Shown here piece by piece: positions 51,141 to 63,940 of a DNA stretch of 64,000 nucleotides (positions are counted from its first letter, which is position 1; each line of letters opens with the position of its first letter). A program made the translations under genes and the position numbers. The DNA is taken from NCBI RefSeq assembly GCF_036588685.1, contig NC_086373.1, positions 41,602,001 to 41,666,000 of the forward strand. The letters run 5' to 3'. The notes beneath the pieces are model-generated. The model had not been told where the DNA came from and ran no database searches. It worked only from the letters and a program-made list of their open reading frames with translations. The DNA comes from Mytilus trossulus. Taxonomy: Eukaryota.

Positions 51141-52491
51141 TGTTGTGTACAAGTTATCATTTTGTACAAAAATATTGTACAAATTATACTTTGTATTTTG
51201 ACTTTGTACAAATTACAATTTGTACAAAACGTGCTTGTACAAATTACAATTTGTACAAAATTTGACCAAAATTCACTTATAACTTGTACAACAGTTTTAA
51301 AAACGAATTTTGGTGAAAAATGCAATGATTCACACGATAGAATTGTAATTAACTGACCACACACTAAACATTATTAACATACACTGTTTGTGGACAACTC
51401 CAAAAGGCAGGTTGATCTTCGAAACTTTTGAGAGAAAAAAAAGTAAACAAATAGGATTTTTTCAAATTTTTAATACACTAACGTCTTTTTCTTTAAAAAG
51501 ATATCATTTAATAGTACTGCTTGATTAGTTCTTTATTTTGAGGGTTTTTTTTTATTCAGAAACTTTGCAAACGATTATATTTGTAAAATTTCATATTTTG
51601 TATCGCGTACAGCGTTTTGATGATCGTGAAAAGGATCTCAAAAGATTTGTTCTCACTTATTCGTTATTTCTATAAGTCCATGAAAACAATCAAATATTTC
51701 TTTAAGCAAGTATTAATTTATATTTGTAATTGCTACATCAAAAGATTGAATTTACATGACTTATTCCGCTTCACTTTTGTTTGTGAAAAGATTGATGATT
51801 CGATGCCATTGGGTCTGATAATTTTAAAATAATACACCAACTAGTTTTCTTATAAAATAAATGTCCGTCCGTCTGTCTGGTTAGCATAAATTTTATTTTG
51901 TTTTTAAAGTTTAGACTGTCGCAACTGTTTTCCGTTAAGTGTTATGCACAGTAATAAAACAAAGATCCTGGTTGAAAAAAAACCATTGATAAAATACGGC
52001 AAAAAACAACTGACATATTCCTGACTTTTGCATAGTCATATTCCTAACCAAATGGGGTCTTTAATCTTCTAGGATATCTATTTTGTTTAAAATTTTGACT
52101 GGAGCAGTTAATTGCACATATTAATTCACAGCAACGGTTTCTGATCTTCAACGCTCGCTATAAGAAACAGTTAAAATGCCTGTAAAACAGGTAGTCATCG
52201 AATTGAGAGTCAAAAGATGGTTTGCAATACCTGATTCCATAAATCACTAGATCACCTGCTGAAACGAATGATAAAGAACTACTTTTGAATTTTGTAACTT
52301 AGGTGTACTGTCTGGCCATTAAGTAGCAATTCAATAATGTGTATCAATGCTTTTTTCGCCAAAATCCATATGAAAAATTATTGTACAAGTTATAAGTGAT
52401 TTTTTGTCCTATTTTGTACAAATTGTAGTTTGTACAAGCACTTTTTGTACAAATTACAATTCGTACAAAGTCAAAATACAAATTATAATTA
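51141..52491. mobile_element. Foldback-type element with ~190-bp imperfect inverted arms rich in TGTACA
   Basis: Arms ~51182-51370 / ~52300-52490; flanked by direct repeat taaattgttatatgtata; absent from other class A flanks. Confidence 0.75.
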
Positions 52492-53545
52492 TAAATTGTT
52501 ATATGTATACATTCATAAAGTTCGTCCTTAATGTTAAAAGACATATGAACTTATTTTTTATCTAATTGTGGGATATAGATTTCAATCATTGTTGAAGGTA
52601 ATTCTGGAGCATTTAGTTAATAATTTTCGCATACTTTTTATGTTATAATTCAGGTTTCATGTATACCTCTTTTTATAATCAAAGATTTCTATGCTAATAT
52701 CTTTCCCTTAATCTGTTTTTGTAACGAAAATCGTTAGTTTTCTGTTGTTTTTTTTTGTTTAAATAAATAGGAAAGATATAACAAATATAATTAATGCCAT
52801 AGTAACAAAGATAGGATATAAATGAAGTTATAACCAGTTTTATTTGCTAATTGAAAATTAAGCGGAATAAAATAATTTAAGACAGCAGAGAAGATAATTC
52901 TGTTTAATTGGTTATTACTAACCGACTTAAATAAAAGAGTGAGCTATTATTATTGTAAATGTATAATGTCTCTAGTCTGGTCAAAGGGTCAGAGTGTCCT
53001 ACTTAATTAAACGATAAATTGTTGAAATTAGATAACTTGTTTTCACGTGCAGAGAAATTTCTTTTATGTCCAATGCATGACCGGATATCATCTTTCTTAT
53101 TGGTCAATGGCATTGCGGGTCAGCACGAGTTCACGTGTAAGTGCATTGTGGTCACTTCCTTTTATCATCAGTATTTGATGTGTTAACTTGTGATTCTTAT
53201 CAAACAATTTATTCAAAATTATATGTGGATTAATTTTGGACTGGAGTGATTTCATTTTAGCTATTTCAGGTAAAATCGAACTATACTTTTATATTCTATG
53301 CTTACATTTTGAACATATTTGTCATGTGGAGTCTTTTAAAGCTTACTATACAGTATGAGCCTACATCTGTCCTGAAATCGTACGTTCCCTGCAGTTGATT
53401 ACATTCTAGTCATTTCATTTTAAGTTTAAGGTAATCAAATTGGTAAAAATACCACATTTTCTAATATCTACGTATCAACAAAAGTTTTTTTTTTTGTATT
53501 ACTAGATTTGTGAAAATTATAACACGTCAAATATTCATTTTACAG

Positions 53546-54231
53546 TATATGCACCAACAGACAAACATGCATTAGACAGACATGGAGTAGCAAAAGTTTT
53601 GCTGGATGAACACACAGTTGGAAGAAACATAAACAGGCGTCGTGGTGACGGATCTCTTTCTGTACTGGATGTCATTGATGCAAATAGACGAGCAGGATCA
53701 AGAAATGTTGGAACATCTCATGGAATAGGAAGCGAGTTTATTACACACGGGTCATCTACCGGTAGAGGATTGTCTGGAGCTTCAGTTGGTGGCAGGACCT
53801 CTGTATCTGGAAGCATTAGAGGCTCTTCAATTGGTTTGTCCCGTGCTTTATCTGATGATGATGATCAGTTCACGTCTGGTAGCCGAATTGGTTCATCTGG
53901 TCTGGCTAGAAATTTGGATCTGTCAAGAAATTTTCATTTGGAAACTATTGGTAGTGGCCATGGATTGTCTGGTCATTCAGGTGCAGATATTCTTGACGCC
54001 CTCAGTTCTGGACGAGGTGGGCGTGTTGTACTAGACACTGTTTCTGCCAGACGGAGTGGATCAGCACGTACTTCAGGTTCAGGAGTCGTTTCTCAGTCAG
54101 TGCTAGGAGGAAACACTGTTTGCAAAAACGACTGTTTAAGTGATGGAGATTGTCCAACAAACAGATACTGTGCCACTGTTAATTGTCACAGAATTTGCAG
54201 AAGAAGACTGTCAAATGGATACTCATCATGA
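53546..54231 (+). pseudogene. A6, orphan but open duplicate of the A5 terminal exon
   Basis: Intact acceptor, ORF and AATAAA; the duplication starts inside intron 2, so exons 1-2 were not copied; protein identical to A5. Confidence 0.75.
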
Positions 54232-54837
54232 AAAGCCTATAACCGAAATCCAGACTATGAACCTTTTTTATATCTTTTTTAAAATAAAATATTGCATTTA
54301 GTTTTTGTTATTGTATGGATTTTTTTTGTTATTTTATCAAAAATATTGACAAAGTCATTTGTCAAATAAAACGTTTCAGAAAAATTTAAACAGCATACAG
54401 TCATAAATACAAATATGAATAAAGATAACAAAAGCATACAGCAATTTAAAAAAGTGTTCGGTAATTTGTTTAAATTACAGTTACTCGTAACACACAAAAA
54501 ACCTAACAAAACAATCATAAAACACTTTCTTCGCCAAAGCAAAGACAATTCCTTGTCAATCTCTACATTAATTGGAATTCTGAAATAACTAAAAACATTC
54601 TTAGAAATTGTATGTTGGATACATGCTGATAGCTAGATAACACGAAAAACCAACGATTTTACTTACAAAAACAGATTAATGGAGAATATTAGCATAGCAA
54701 TATTTGATTATAAAAAGAGGTATACATGGAATCTGAATTATAACATAAAAAGTATGAGGACATATTTGTTTGCGAAAATTGTTAACAATGTTTATTTTTG
54801 AAAATAATATGTTTATTTGTAAATTGTTATATGTATA

Positions 54838-56188
54838 TGTTGTGTACAAGTTATCATTTTGTACAAAAATATTGTACAAATTATACTTTGTATTTTGACT
54901 TTGTACAAATTACAATTTGTACAAAACGTGCTTGTACAAATTACAATTTGTACAAAATTTGACCAAAATTCACTTATAACTTGTACAACAGTTTTAAAAA
55001 CGAATTTTGGTGAAAAATGCAATGATTCACACGATAGAATTGTAATTAACTGACCACACACTAAACATTATTAACATACACTGTTTGTGGACAACTCCAA
55101 AAGGCAGGTTGATCTTCGAAACTTTTGAGAGAAAAAAAAGTAAACAAATAGGATTTTTTCAAATTTTTAATACACTAACGTCTTTTTCTTTAAAAAGATA
55201 TCATTTAATAGTACTGCTTGATTAGTTCTTTATTTTGAGGGTTTTTTTTTATTCAGAAACTTTGCAAACGATTATATTTGTAAAATTTCATATTTTGTAT
55301 CGCGTACAGCGTTTTGATGATCGTGAAAAGGATCTCAAAAGATTTGTTCTCACTTATTCGTTATTTCTATAAGTCCATGAAAACAATCAAATATTTCTTT
55401 AAGCAAGTATTAATTTATATTTGTAATTGCTACATCAAAAGATTGAATTTACATGACTTATTCCGCTTCACTTTTGTTTGTGAAAAGATTGATGATTCGA
55501 TGCCATTGGGTCTGATAATTTTAAAATAATACACCAACTAGTTTTCTTATAAAATAAATGTCCGTCCGTCTGTCTGGTTAGCATAAATTTTATTTTGTTT
55601 TTAAAGTTTAGACTGTCGCAACTGTTTTCCGTTAAGTGTTATGCACAGTAATAAAACAAAGATCCTGGTTGAAAAAAAACCATTGATAAAATACGGCAAA
55701 AAACAACTGACATATTCCTGACTTTTGCATAGTCATATTCCTAACCAAATGGGGTCTTTAATCTTCTAGGATATCTATTTTGTTTAAAATTTTGACTGGA
55801 GCAGTTAATTGCACATATTAATTCACAGCAACGGTTTCTGATCTTCAACGCTCGCTATAAGAAACAGTTAAAATGCCTGTAAAACAGGTAGTCATCGAAT
55901 TGAGAGTCAAAAGATGGTTTGCAATACCTGATTCCATAAATCACTAGATCACCTGCTGAAACGAATGATAAAGAACTACTTTTGAATTTTGTAACTTAGG
56001 TGTACTGTCTGGCCATTAAGTAGCAATTCAATAATGTGTATCAATGCTTTTTTCGCCAAAATCCATATGAAAAATTATTGTACAAGTTATAAGTGATTTT
56101 TTGTCCTATTTTGTACAAATTGTAGTTTGTACAAGCACTTTTTGTACAAATTACAATTCGTACAAAGTCAAAATACAAATTATAATTA
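54838..56188. mobile_element. Second copy of the TGTACA foldback element (inside the tandem duplication)
   Basis: 51141-52491 shifted by 3697. Confidence 0.75.
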
Positions 56189-57884
56189 TAAATTGTTATA
56201 TGTATACATTCATAAAGTTCGTCCTTAATGTTAAAAGACATATGAACTTATTTTTTATCTAATTGTGGGATATAGATTTCAATCATTGTTGAAGGTAATT
56301 CTGGAGCATTTAGTTAATAATTTTCGCATACTTTTTATGTTATAATTCAGGTTTCATGTATACCTCTTTTTATAATCAAAGATTTCTATGCTAATATCTT
56401 TCCCTTAATCTGTTTTTGTAACGAAAATCGTTAGTTTTCTGTTTTTTTTTTTTGTTTAAATAAATAGGAAAGATATAACAAATATAATTAATGCCATAGT
56501 AACAAAGATAGGATATAAATGAAGTTATAACCAGTTTTATTTGCTAATTGAAAATTAAGCGGAATAAAATAATTTAAGACAGCAGAGAAGATAATTCTGT
56601 TTAATTGGTTATTACTAACCGACTTAAATAAAAGAGTGAGCTATTATTATTGTAAATGTATAATGTCTCTAGTCTGGTCAAAGGGTCAGAGTGTCCTACT
56701 TAATTAAACGATAAATTGTTGAAATTAGATAACTTGTTTTCACGTGCAGAGAAATTTCTTTTATGTCCAATGCATGACCGGATATCATCTTTCTTATTGG
56801 TCAATGGCATTGCGGGTCAGCACGAGTTCACGTGTAAGTGCATTGTGGTCACTTCCTTTTATCATCAGTATTTGATGTGTTAACTTGTGATTCTTATCAA
56901 ACAATTTATTCAAAATTATATGTGGATTAATTTTGGACTGGAGTGATTTCATTTTAGCTATTTCAGGTAAAATCGAACTATACTTTTATATTCTATGCTT
57001 ACATTTTGAACAAACGTAGAGTTATTTCTTTTTAACCATCCTTTCATTCGGATAAAACTCACTATTTAGATTTATGCCAAACATGAGCAGTTGGTCAAAT
57101 TCATTTCTTTGTCAAAGAGATATTGGGTCAATTTGATTTTCATGTGGGTGGCGACGCTATGCGTTTGCGATCAAAATGTAATTATTTACCATTTATCTGA
57201 TGATTAACCTGATTGTAATTTTACAAGTTACTGCATCCTTTACAGCATCATAATATTTGCAGAACGTATATCAGCCTTATGTATGTGTAAGATACATGAT
57301 TCGTTTAAATTTTACTACAATTAAAAATTTGATTATTGCATAACGATAATAATACCATACATGGCAGAATGCAAAGTTATACACTTATAATTTATAGGAT
57401 GTTATTAACGGTTTCATACATTTTAAGTACTCTTATATGAAAGAGCAAGACAGTTTAAGTATTAATGCCAAGCTATTGTGTTACAAACCCATTTGACTTA
57501 CTTGTTTGGGTAAGGTTGTAGTTATTTCAATTGATGCAGTGAGCTTGACTGCTTGTACTTATGAACTCTGTGTACTATGTGCTTTTTCATTACGTTTTAT
57601 GCAGAGTTCATTGTTTTATGCTATGTCACAAAACTCATGCTACTTTCGTAAATCTCTTCACGGCAGATTGGTTTGAGCTTATCATAATTTTGCAAGTTAG
57701 CCTAATTGCTATAATTGTTAGTATTTTAATTTATGCAAGTGTACCTTGTTTGCTTTATGTGATCGGTATAAAAAGGATATGTCTATTACCTATATGTTTA
57801 TCGCAACCCAATGCTTATTTATTACGAACCAATTTACCTGTCTTTGCCTGTTTTGGGTAATGTGGACGATATTTAAATTTTCGC

Positions 57885-58293
57885 AGAGGGCGTGGTTGCT
57901 TGTACTTATGTCCTCTGTGTATTATTTTTCTCAGAGGTTGTGGTAGCTTGGTCTATGACCTCTGTGTATTTACTTTTGCAAATATTGTAGTATGTAGTGG
58001 GTATTGTTTTATGCTTCGTCATGAAACTCATGCTGCTTCGGTTTTACAGAGGTCGTAGTAGCTTGGTCTATGATCTCTGTATTGTTTTATGCTTCGTCAT
58101 GAAACTCATGCTACTTTTTCAGAGGTCGTAGTAGCTTGGTCTATGACCTCTGTGTATTTGCTTTTGTAAAGTTAATTTGTAGTGGGTTTTGTTTTATGCT
58201 TCGTCATGAAACGCATGTTATATTTTTGCAGATGTCGTAGTAGCTTGGTCTATGATCTCTGTATTGTTTTATGCTTCGCCATGAAACTCATGC
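57885..58293. repeat. Degenerate tandem repeat (73-115 bp units)
   Basis: agaggtcgtagtagcttggtctatga...ttgttttatgcttcgtcatgaaactcatgct recurs ~4 times. Confidence 0.8.
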
Positions 58294-59440
58294 TAAACTA
58301 CATTTAATTATTTTTTCGTCATGGTGATTGGTTTGGAATAAATTAATTTTGTAATCAATTCGTTAACTTCATACAAAATTGCCAGTATTTTGATACATGT
58401 AGTCAGATTTACATGTTTTTCAGTTTGTAATACATGTTTTTATTGTGTTATTTTATTTATCTTTACTAGTATAATTCATGTAAATGATATAGTTTGGGTT
58501 GCGATGAACGTAATTGATAATTTTTATGCCGATACTTATGCACTGTAAGGTCGTCTGCTTTTTTCTTTATACTAGATTTGTTAATAAAAAAAAACATTGG
58601 ACAAGACATATATAGATATAAACTGATGATATTTTAAAGTTCATACTCTTCATTTAATACATGATAAAAACATCTTTTCGGTTTAATGGTTGATTATTAA
58701 AGAATAGAAACTTTGATAATTTAATTATCGCATATTATTCCTTAACATGCGTTTTGTTTGTGGTCCTTGAGTAAGACCAAGTTTGTTTTTAATGAGAATT
58801 TAATTTTTATCCATTATTTTATATTCTTTTTTTGTTTGTTTATTTCATGCCTTGACTATGGACGAACAGCGCTAAGAATGGCATTCATCTACGAAAGAAC
58901 TTTCTCCATTTAAGGACGTGTGCAATTAAGCATCATATCAACAACTTCCATATACTTACTTTTGCAAGCGGTATGCCATAAGTCCGATAATACGAACATA
59001 CGAATATTGATTGGTTGCTGTTTAACTGACATTAAGGACACATACCTAATTTCGTGATTAGAATTTTGATCCAGAAGTGCGAGTCGTATCAACATTGACT
59101 AACCAAAGCCTAATTGACTGTTTTATAAATACAAATTTACAAAATACGACTTCAATCAGCATTTTGATACACAACTGGACACTAGTTACGATGAAAGCTC
59201 AAAGCACCTAATGTTATTCCATCATCTCTTTAAAGTTGACTATGTCGTTAATTGTCCAGGACTCTCGTTACTTAAATACAGCACTTCGTTTTGGAGGAAG
59301 GAAAATAAAACAAACAAAGACTTCTGCCGCAGTTCATGGATAAAATGGTCCTAATAGTGTCCGTGATTCAAGGATTGAAGTCAAATACGTTTATAGAATT
59401 TAACAGCTAAAAAGAATAAATTTAGTATCAGAACTTACTT

Positions 59441-60100
59441 CAGCTGTTGCGGGTCAGTATTACCTGACAAAACATTATGATCCTTTATTTCAAACCATCA
59501 CAACTGTCTTGTTTTGGGTCAGCATTTCCTGCCTAAACGTTTATTATCTTTATTTCATATAATTACAACTGTCTTGTTTTGGGTCAGCATTGCTTGCCAA
59601 AACATTTTATGATATATATTTCTTATAATTACAACTGTCTTGTTTTGGGCCAGCATTGCCTGCCAAAAAGTTTTATGATCTTTATTTCTTATAATTACAT
59701 CTGCCTTGTTTTGGGCCAACATTGCCTGCCAAAACGTTTATTATTTTTATTTCATATAATTACAACAGTCTTGTGTTGGGTCAGCATTGCTTGCCAAAAC
59801 ATTTTATGATTTTTTTTCTTTATAATTACAACTGTCTTAATTTGGGCCAGCATTGCCTGCCAAAACGTTTTATGATCTCTATTTCTTATAATTACATCTG
59901 TCTTGTTTTGGGCCAGAATTGCCTGCCAAAACGTTTTCTGATTTTTATTTCATATAATTACAACTGTCTTGTTTTGGGTCAGCATTGCCTGCCAAAACGG
60001 TTTTTATCTTTATGTCACATAATTTCAATGTATCTTGTTTTGGGTCAGTATAGCCTACTAAAACGTTTGTGATCTTTAGTTCATACAATATATGTCTTTA
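59441..60100. repeat. Minisatellite, ~10 x 65-66 bp
   Basis: Unit ~ttgggtcagcattgcctgccaaaacgttttatgatctttatttcatataattacaactgtcttgtt. Confidence 0.9.
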
Positions 60101-60957
60101 TTGCCGCCCTCCTCATGCTTTCTTTACACCTTGTTCGAATGTCAATGGGATCATTCGGTAGGCTCGGTTTAACTTCCTGTATGTATACATGAATAATTCG
60201 TGATTCATGTAAATGTTGCCGTGTTTATTCATACTAATTATTCAAATTATATATATAAAACGACTTAATGGTTTATTCCAATGTTGTCTAAATGCTATGG
60301 TCTTTAGAGATAAATCCATCACAAACCAAAGTTTTTATATTTAACTAGACTGTTTATTAACTAAATTTTCTTTTCTCTTTTGGTTAAATGTTTATAGTAT
60401 GTGTCAAAAGCTATAAATATTTACTCGGTTAAAACTTACATCTTTTTAACTTTTATCGCAATTAAGGTACAAACAATTATATAAAACATCACTTAAAGCT
60501 GGAATTTTTTATTATTCATTTTACAACTTTATTTACTACTATACAATATAAACCTTTTTTATGTATTGCATTGGAATGACAGTTTGTTAAAATAAGTTCT
60601 GTCGCATGCCAGGAAGGAATGAATTTATTTTATGTTAGGTTGAAGTAAGTTTGGTGTATTCCTCCTTTTTTATAGTGGTGTTATTGATATAAATTATTAC
60701 TATTAATATTGAATGGTGATGTTCACCAGTCACTAAATTTCTAAAAAGCTGTATATTAATAATTGTGACTAAAACTTTTCTTTTTACCGTATCATGAGTT
60801 ACGAAAATTATTTCTATAGTCTCATATCAATTCGGATCACAACAAAAATAACTGAGAGTTAAAAAAGGTTTACAGTAAATACTTATTTACTAATTTTAAT
60901 TTGAAAATGTTTACCCCATGGAATTCACCCCGTCATATTATGTATGTATGTGCCTTT

Positions 60958-61252
60958 CCCAAGTTAGGAGCCTGTAGTTCAGTGGTTGTCGTTTGCTTAT
61001 GTGTTACATTTAAGTTTTTTGTTCATTTATTTTTTGATTTTTTTGATTTTTTTTATGTAAATACGGCCGTTAGTTTTCTTGTTTGAATTGTTTTACATGG
61101 TAATTTTGGGGTCTTTAATAGCTGACTATGCAATATAAGCTTTGCTCATTGTTAAAGGCCGTGTGATGACCTATAGTCGTAAATTTCCGTGTCATTTTGG
61201 TCTCTTGTGGTAAACTGTCTCATTGGCATCATACCACATCTTCTTTTTTTAT
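60958..61252 (+). mobile_element. Short interspersed repeat, same family as 47489-47763
   Basis: ccaagttagga...gttgtcgtttg...tgtctcattggcatcataccacatcttc. Confidence 0.6.
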
Positions 61253-62551
61253 ATTTATACATTTTCGATTGAAAAATGTCAAGTGTAGTTTGGGAATCCT
61301 TTGCTCATGATCCCTTACAGAAATAGTCAGATATAAAACTTCGTATTTAGGAAGGATCCAGGGCTTTGTAAAAATATACTTTAGTTTTGTTTGAATTTTT
61401 AAAATTAAAAATATAGTTTCGGTTAATCAAAGTACTAATTGTCTGTACTAAAATATAAATGGATGTAAGAAGAAATATGAATTCTGAATCATACTTACAT
61501 TGTAACTGCGATTCTATTGTAATTTAATTGCTGTGATACTGGTCGGAATAAGATTTACACCTTTAATCATTTTCACCAGTAAAAGATAATTTTAGAGTAA
61601 TATCTTGGTATATGAAAATAGGAACTTTTAATTTTTTTGCTAAATGTGGAAACGTTTTACATAATATAATTGTATTCACGTCGCCAGAGTCCTCGGGTGG
61701 GGGATCCACTCTTTTAGCCTTAGAGTGGATTTCACATCCACTCTTTCAGCCAAAGAGTGGATTTGTGGCAGGTTTTTCTCCCCACCTTTGCTATTCTTTG
61801 TCATTTATTCAATTGACATGATATTAGTTGATGTAATTTCGTAGTAATTATGTATTATTATTTCATATTAAATATGAATTTTTATGTCAAATTTTTTATT
61901 TGCAAAATGTATTTTTTGCATTTTATGATTTTGAATAAATGACCTTTTTTCGTCAGTTTAGTTTTTATATCATATAGCAAATCAAGCTCAGACTCTGGCT
62001 TGTGTATACGTAGTATGTTTATGGTATCTAGCTGTCTGTCTTAAAAAAGATTAAGAAAATTAGATTTATAAAGTTTAAAGCGTTATGCATATTTCAATAT
62101 TTTGGTATTGATCTCAGTAAATTAAATTAAGATACAGTAACACAATACAGCTACAAAGTATAATTAATTTTCATAACTGATGTCCACTGTGATTTAAAAT
62201 TTTTTGAATATATAATTTGAAATGAAATTATAATTTGAAATTTTCAAGTTATCAATCATTCGAATAAATGTTTGTTTTTAAGTTTAAATACTGTAAAAGT
62301 AAATATATATATTATACTTATACTTGACAATCAATGAAATTGATGAAAGTTCCTTTTTCTGCAGTTGTTAAGTCGTGAATATACATCCTATGTATCTTTC
62401 TTATTTGTGATGTGAACCTAATTTCTCTGTAAAATCATATTGCATTTAAAGATTGAAACTTTATTTGCACGATTTACATATTTCGTATTAAATTGTTTGA
62501 CCTGCTATTTTGTTAATAACGATATTTTGCCTCTAAATTGAAGACTTAGAA

Positions 62552-63079
62552 ATGATGAGATTTCCGACCATTTTCGTTTTGATTGCATTGATAACAATAA
62601 CAGTAGCCGGTAAGAAAAGTGTTCAATGTGTTTTTCTCGAAATTTATAAACTGTATCAAATAAAAGTGTGTTCAGTGTGTAAATAACATTTGAATGTCCT
62701 ACTAGAGAATGTTCTTTAAAACAGCTGATATTTGCAAAACCGAACAGTCTCTTCCATTCGCTTGATGTGTTTTATCATTTTAATTTGCCATTTGAATAGT
62801 GACTTTCGGTTTTGAATTTTCTTCGGAGTTCAGTACTTTTCTTTAGAATTGCTTACAACATCTTCCCTTTGCATAGCATGTGTAGTTGTTTTATTGAAGA
62901 TAACACTTGAAATCATTGTAATGTTCAATAAAAATAAAATACAAGTTCTTTTTTTTTCCTAAATTAATCATTACTTAATTCATAAATATAACTTAAATTG
63001 TCAGATCTTTAATTTTACAGTATATGCATTAGATAGACAAACTAACAACTATCTGCACAAAAATTACCTTCAACAATGA
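62552..63079 (+). pseudogene. Class C fragment (C1c) with intact 38-aa spliced micro-ORF (exons 62552-62609, 63021-63079)
   Basis: MMRFPTIFVLIALITITVA/VYALDRQTNNYLHKNYLQQ*. Confidence 0.6.
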
Positions 63080-63749
63080 TTGAAATCTATATCACATAGT
63101 TAGATACAAATTAGTTCATATGCCCTTCTTTATTAAGGACCGACCATATGAATGTATACATATAACAATTTATAAATAAACATATTATTTCTATGGCTAA
63201 CAATTTTTGCAATTAAAATATATCCTCATACTTTTTTATTTTTTAATTCAGGTTCATTGTATACCTCTTTTTATAATCAAAGATTTCTATTCTAATATCT
63301 TTCGCTTAATCTGTTTTTGTAACGAAAATCGTTATTTTTCTGTGTTGTCTAGCTATCAGCACGTATCCAACATAAAAATTCTAAGAATGTTTTTAGTTAT
63401 TTCAGAATTCCAATCAATGTAGAACTTGACCAGGAATTGTCTTTGCTCTGGCAAAAAAAGTTTTTAATTGTTTTTGTTATGTTTTGTGTGTGTTACGAGT
63501 TACTGTAAAAAAACAAATCACCGAAAAAAAATTTCAACTGCTGTATGCTTTTTTTTTCTTTAGTCATATTTGTAATTATGACAATTAATTCGTCCATTTC
63601 TTAACAAAAGAAGAAAGGTGAACAAAAATGTAAGAATTAGATGTACATATTTCGACATTTCAAGGAAAAATATATTCACCCAAGGCCAAATATATAAGGT
63701 TGACTGTTTGTGTTGGAGATATCAGGTATTGAAAGCAATGTGTTTAATA

Positions 63750-63940
63750 GATATCGAAAGATGTGGTATGAGTGCCAATGATACAACTATCCGTCCAAAT
63801 AACAAATCAATTTATAAAAATAGACCATTAGAGGTCAAGGTACGGTCTTCAACACGGAAACTTGGCTCACATCAAACAGCAAGCTGTAAAGGGTCCCAAA
63901 AATTACTGATGTTAAACCAATGGTCTAATATATATAAAAA
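63750..63940 (-). mobile_element. Short interspersed repeat, reverse copy of the 47489 family
   Basis: aagatgtggtatgagtgccaatga...cttcaacacgga...ttggctcac. Confidence 0.6.

Larger units (their letters stand above)
49617..57010 (+). repeat. Near-perfect tandem duplication, 2 x 3697 bp (49617-53313, 53314-57010)
   Basis: Constant offset 3697 for matched ORFs; CA microhomology at the junction; only a few differences seen. Confidence 0.92.
56531..62044. mobile_element. ~5.5 kb non-coding insertion, possibly a TTAA-flanked non-autonomous transposon
   Basis: Splits gaagttataa/aagattaagaaaatt, which is contiguous at ~18120; TTAA-GACAG at 56574 and CTGTC-TTAA at 62036-62044; no transposase ORF. Confidence 0.6.

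Noticed and set aside
59579-60072. Cys-rich repeat ORFs (GQHCLPK...)
   Set aside because: Translation of a 65-66 bp minisatellite; single-base indels shift the frame between units
56531-62044. Autonomous transposon or viral insert
   Set aside because: No long ORF and no transposase, reverse transcriptase or Rep/helicase motifs in the six-frame track
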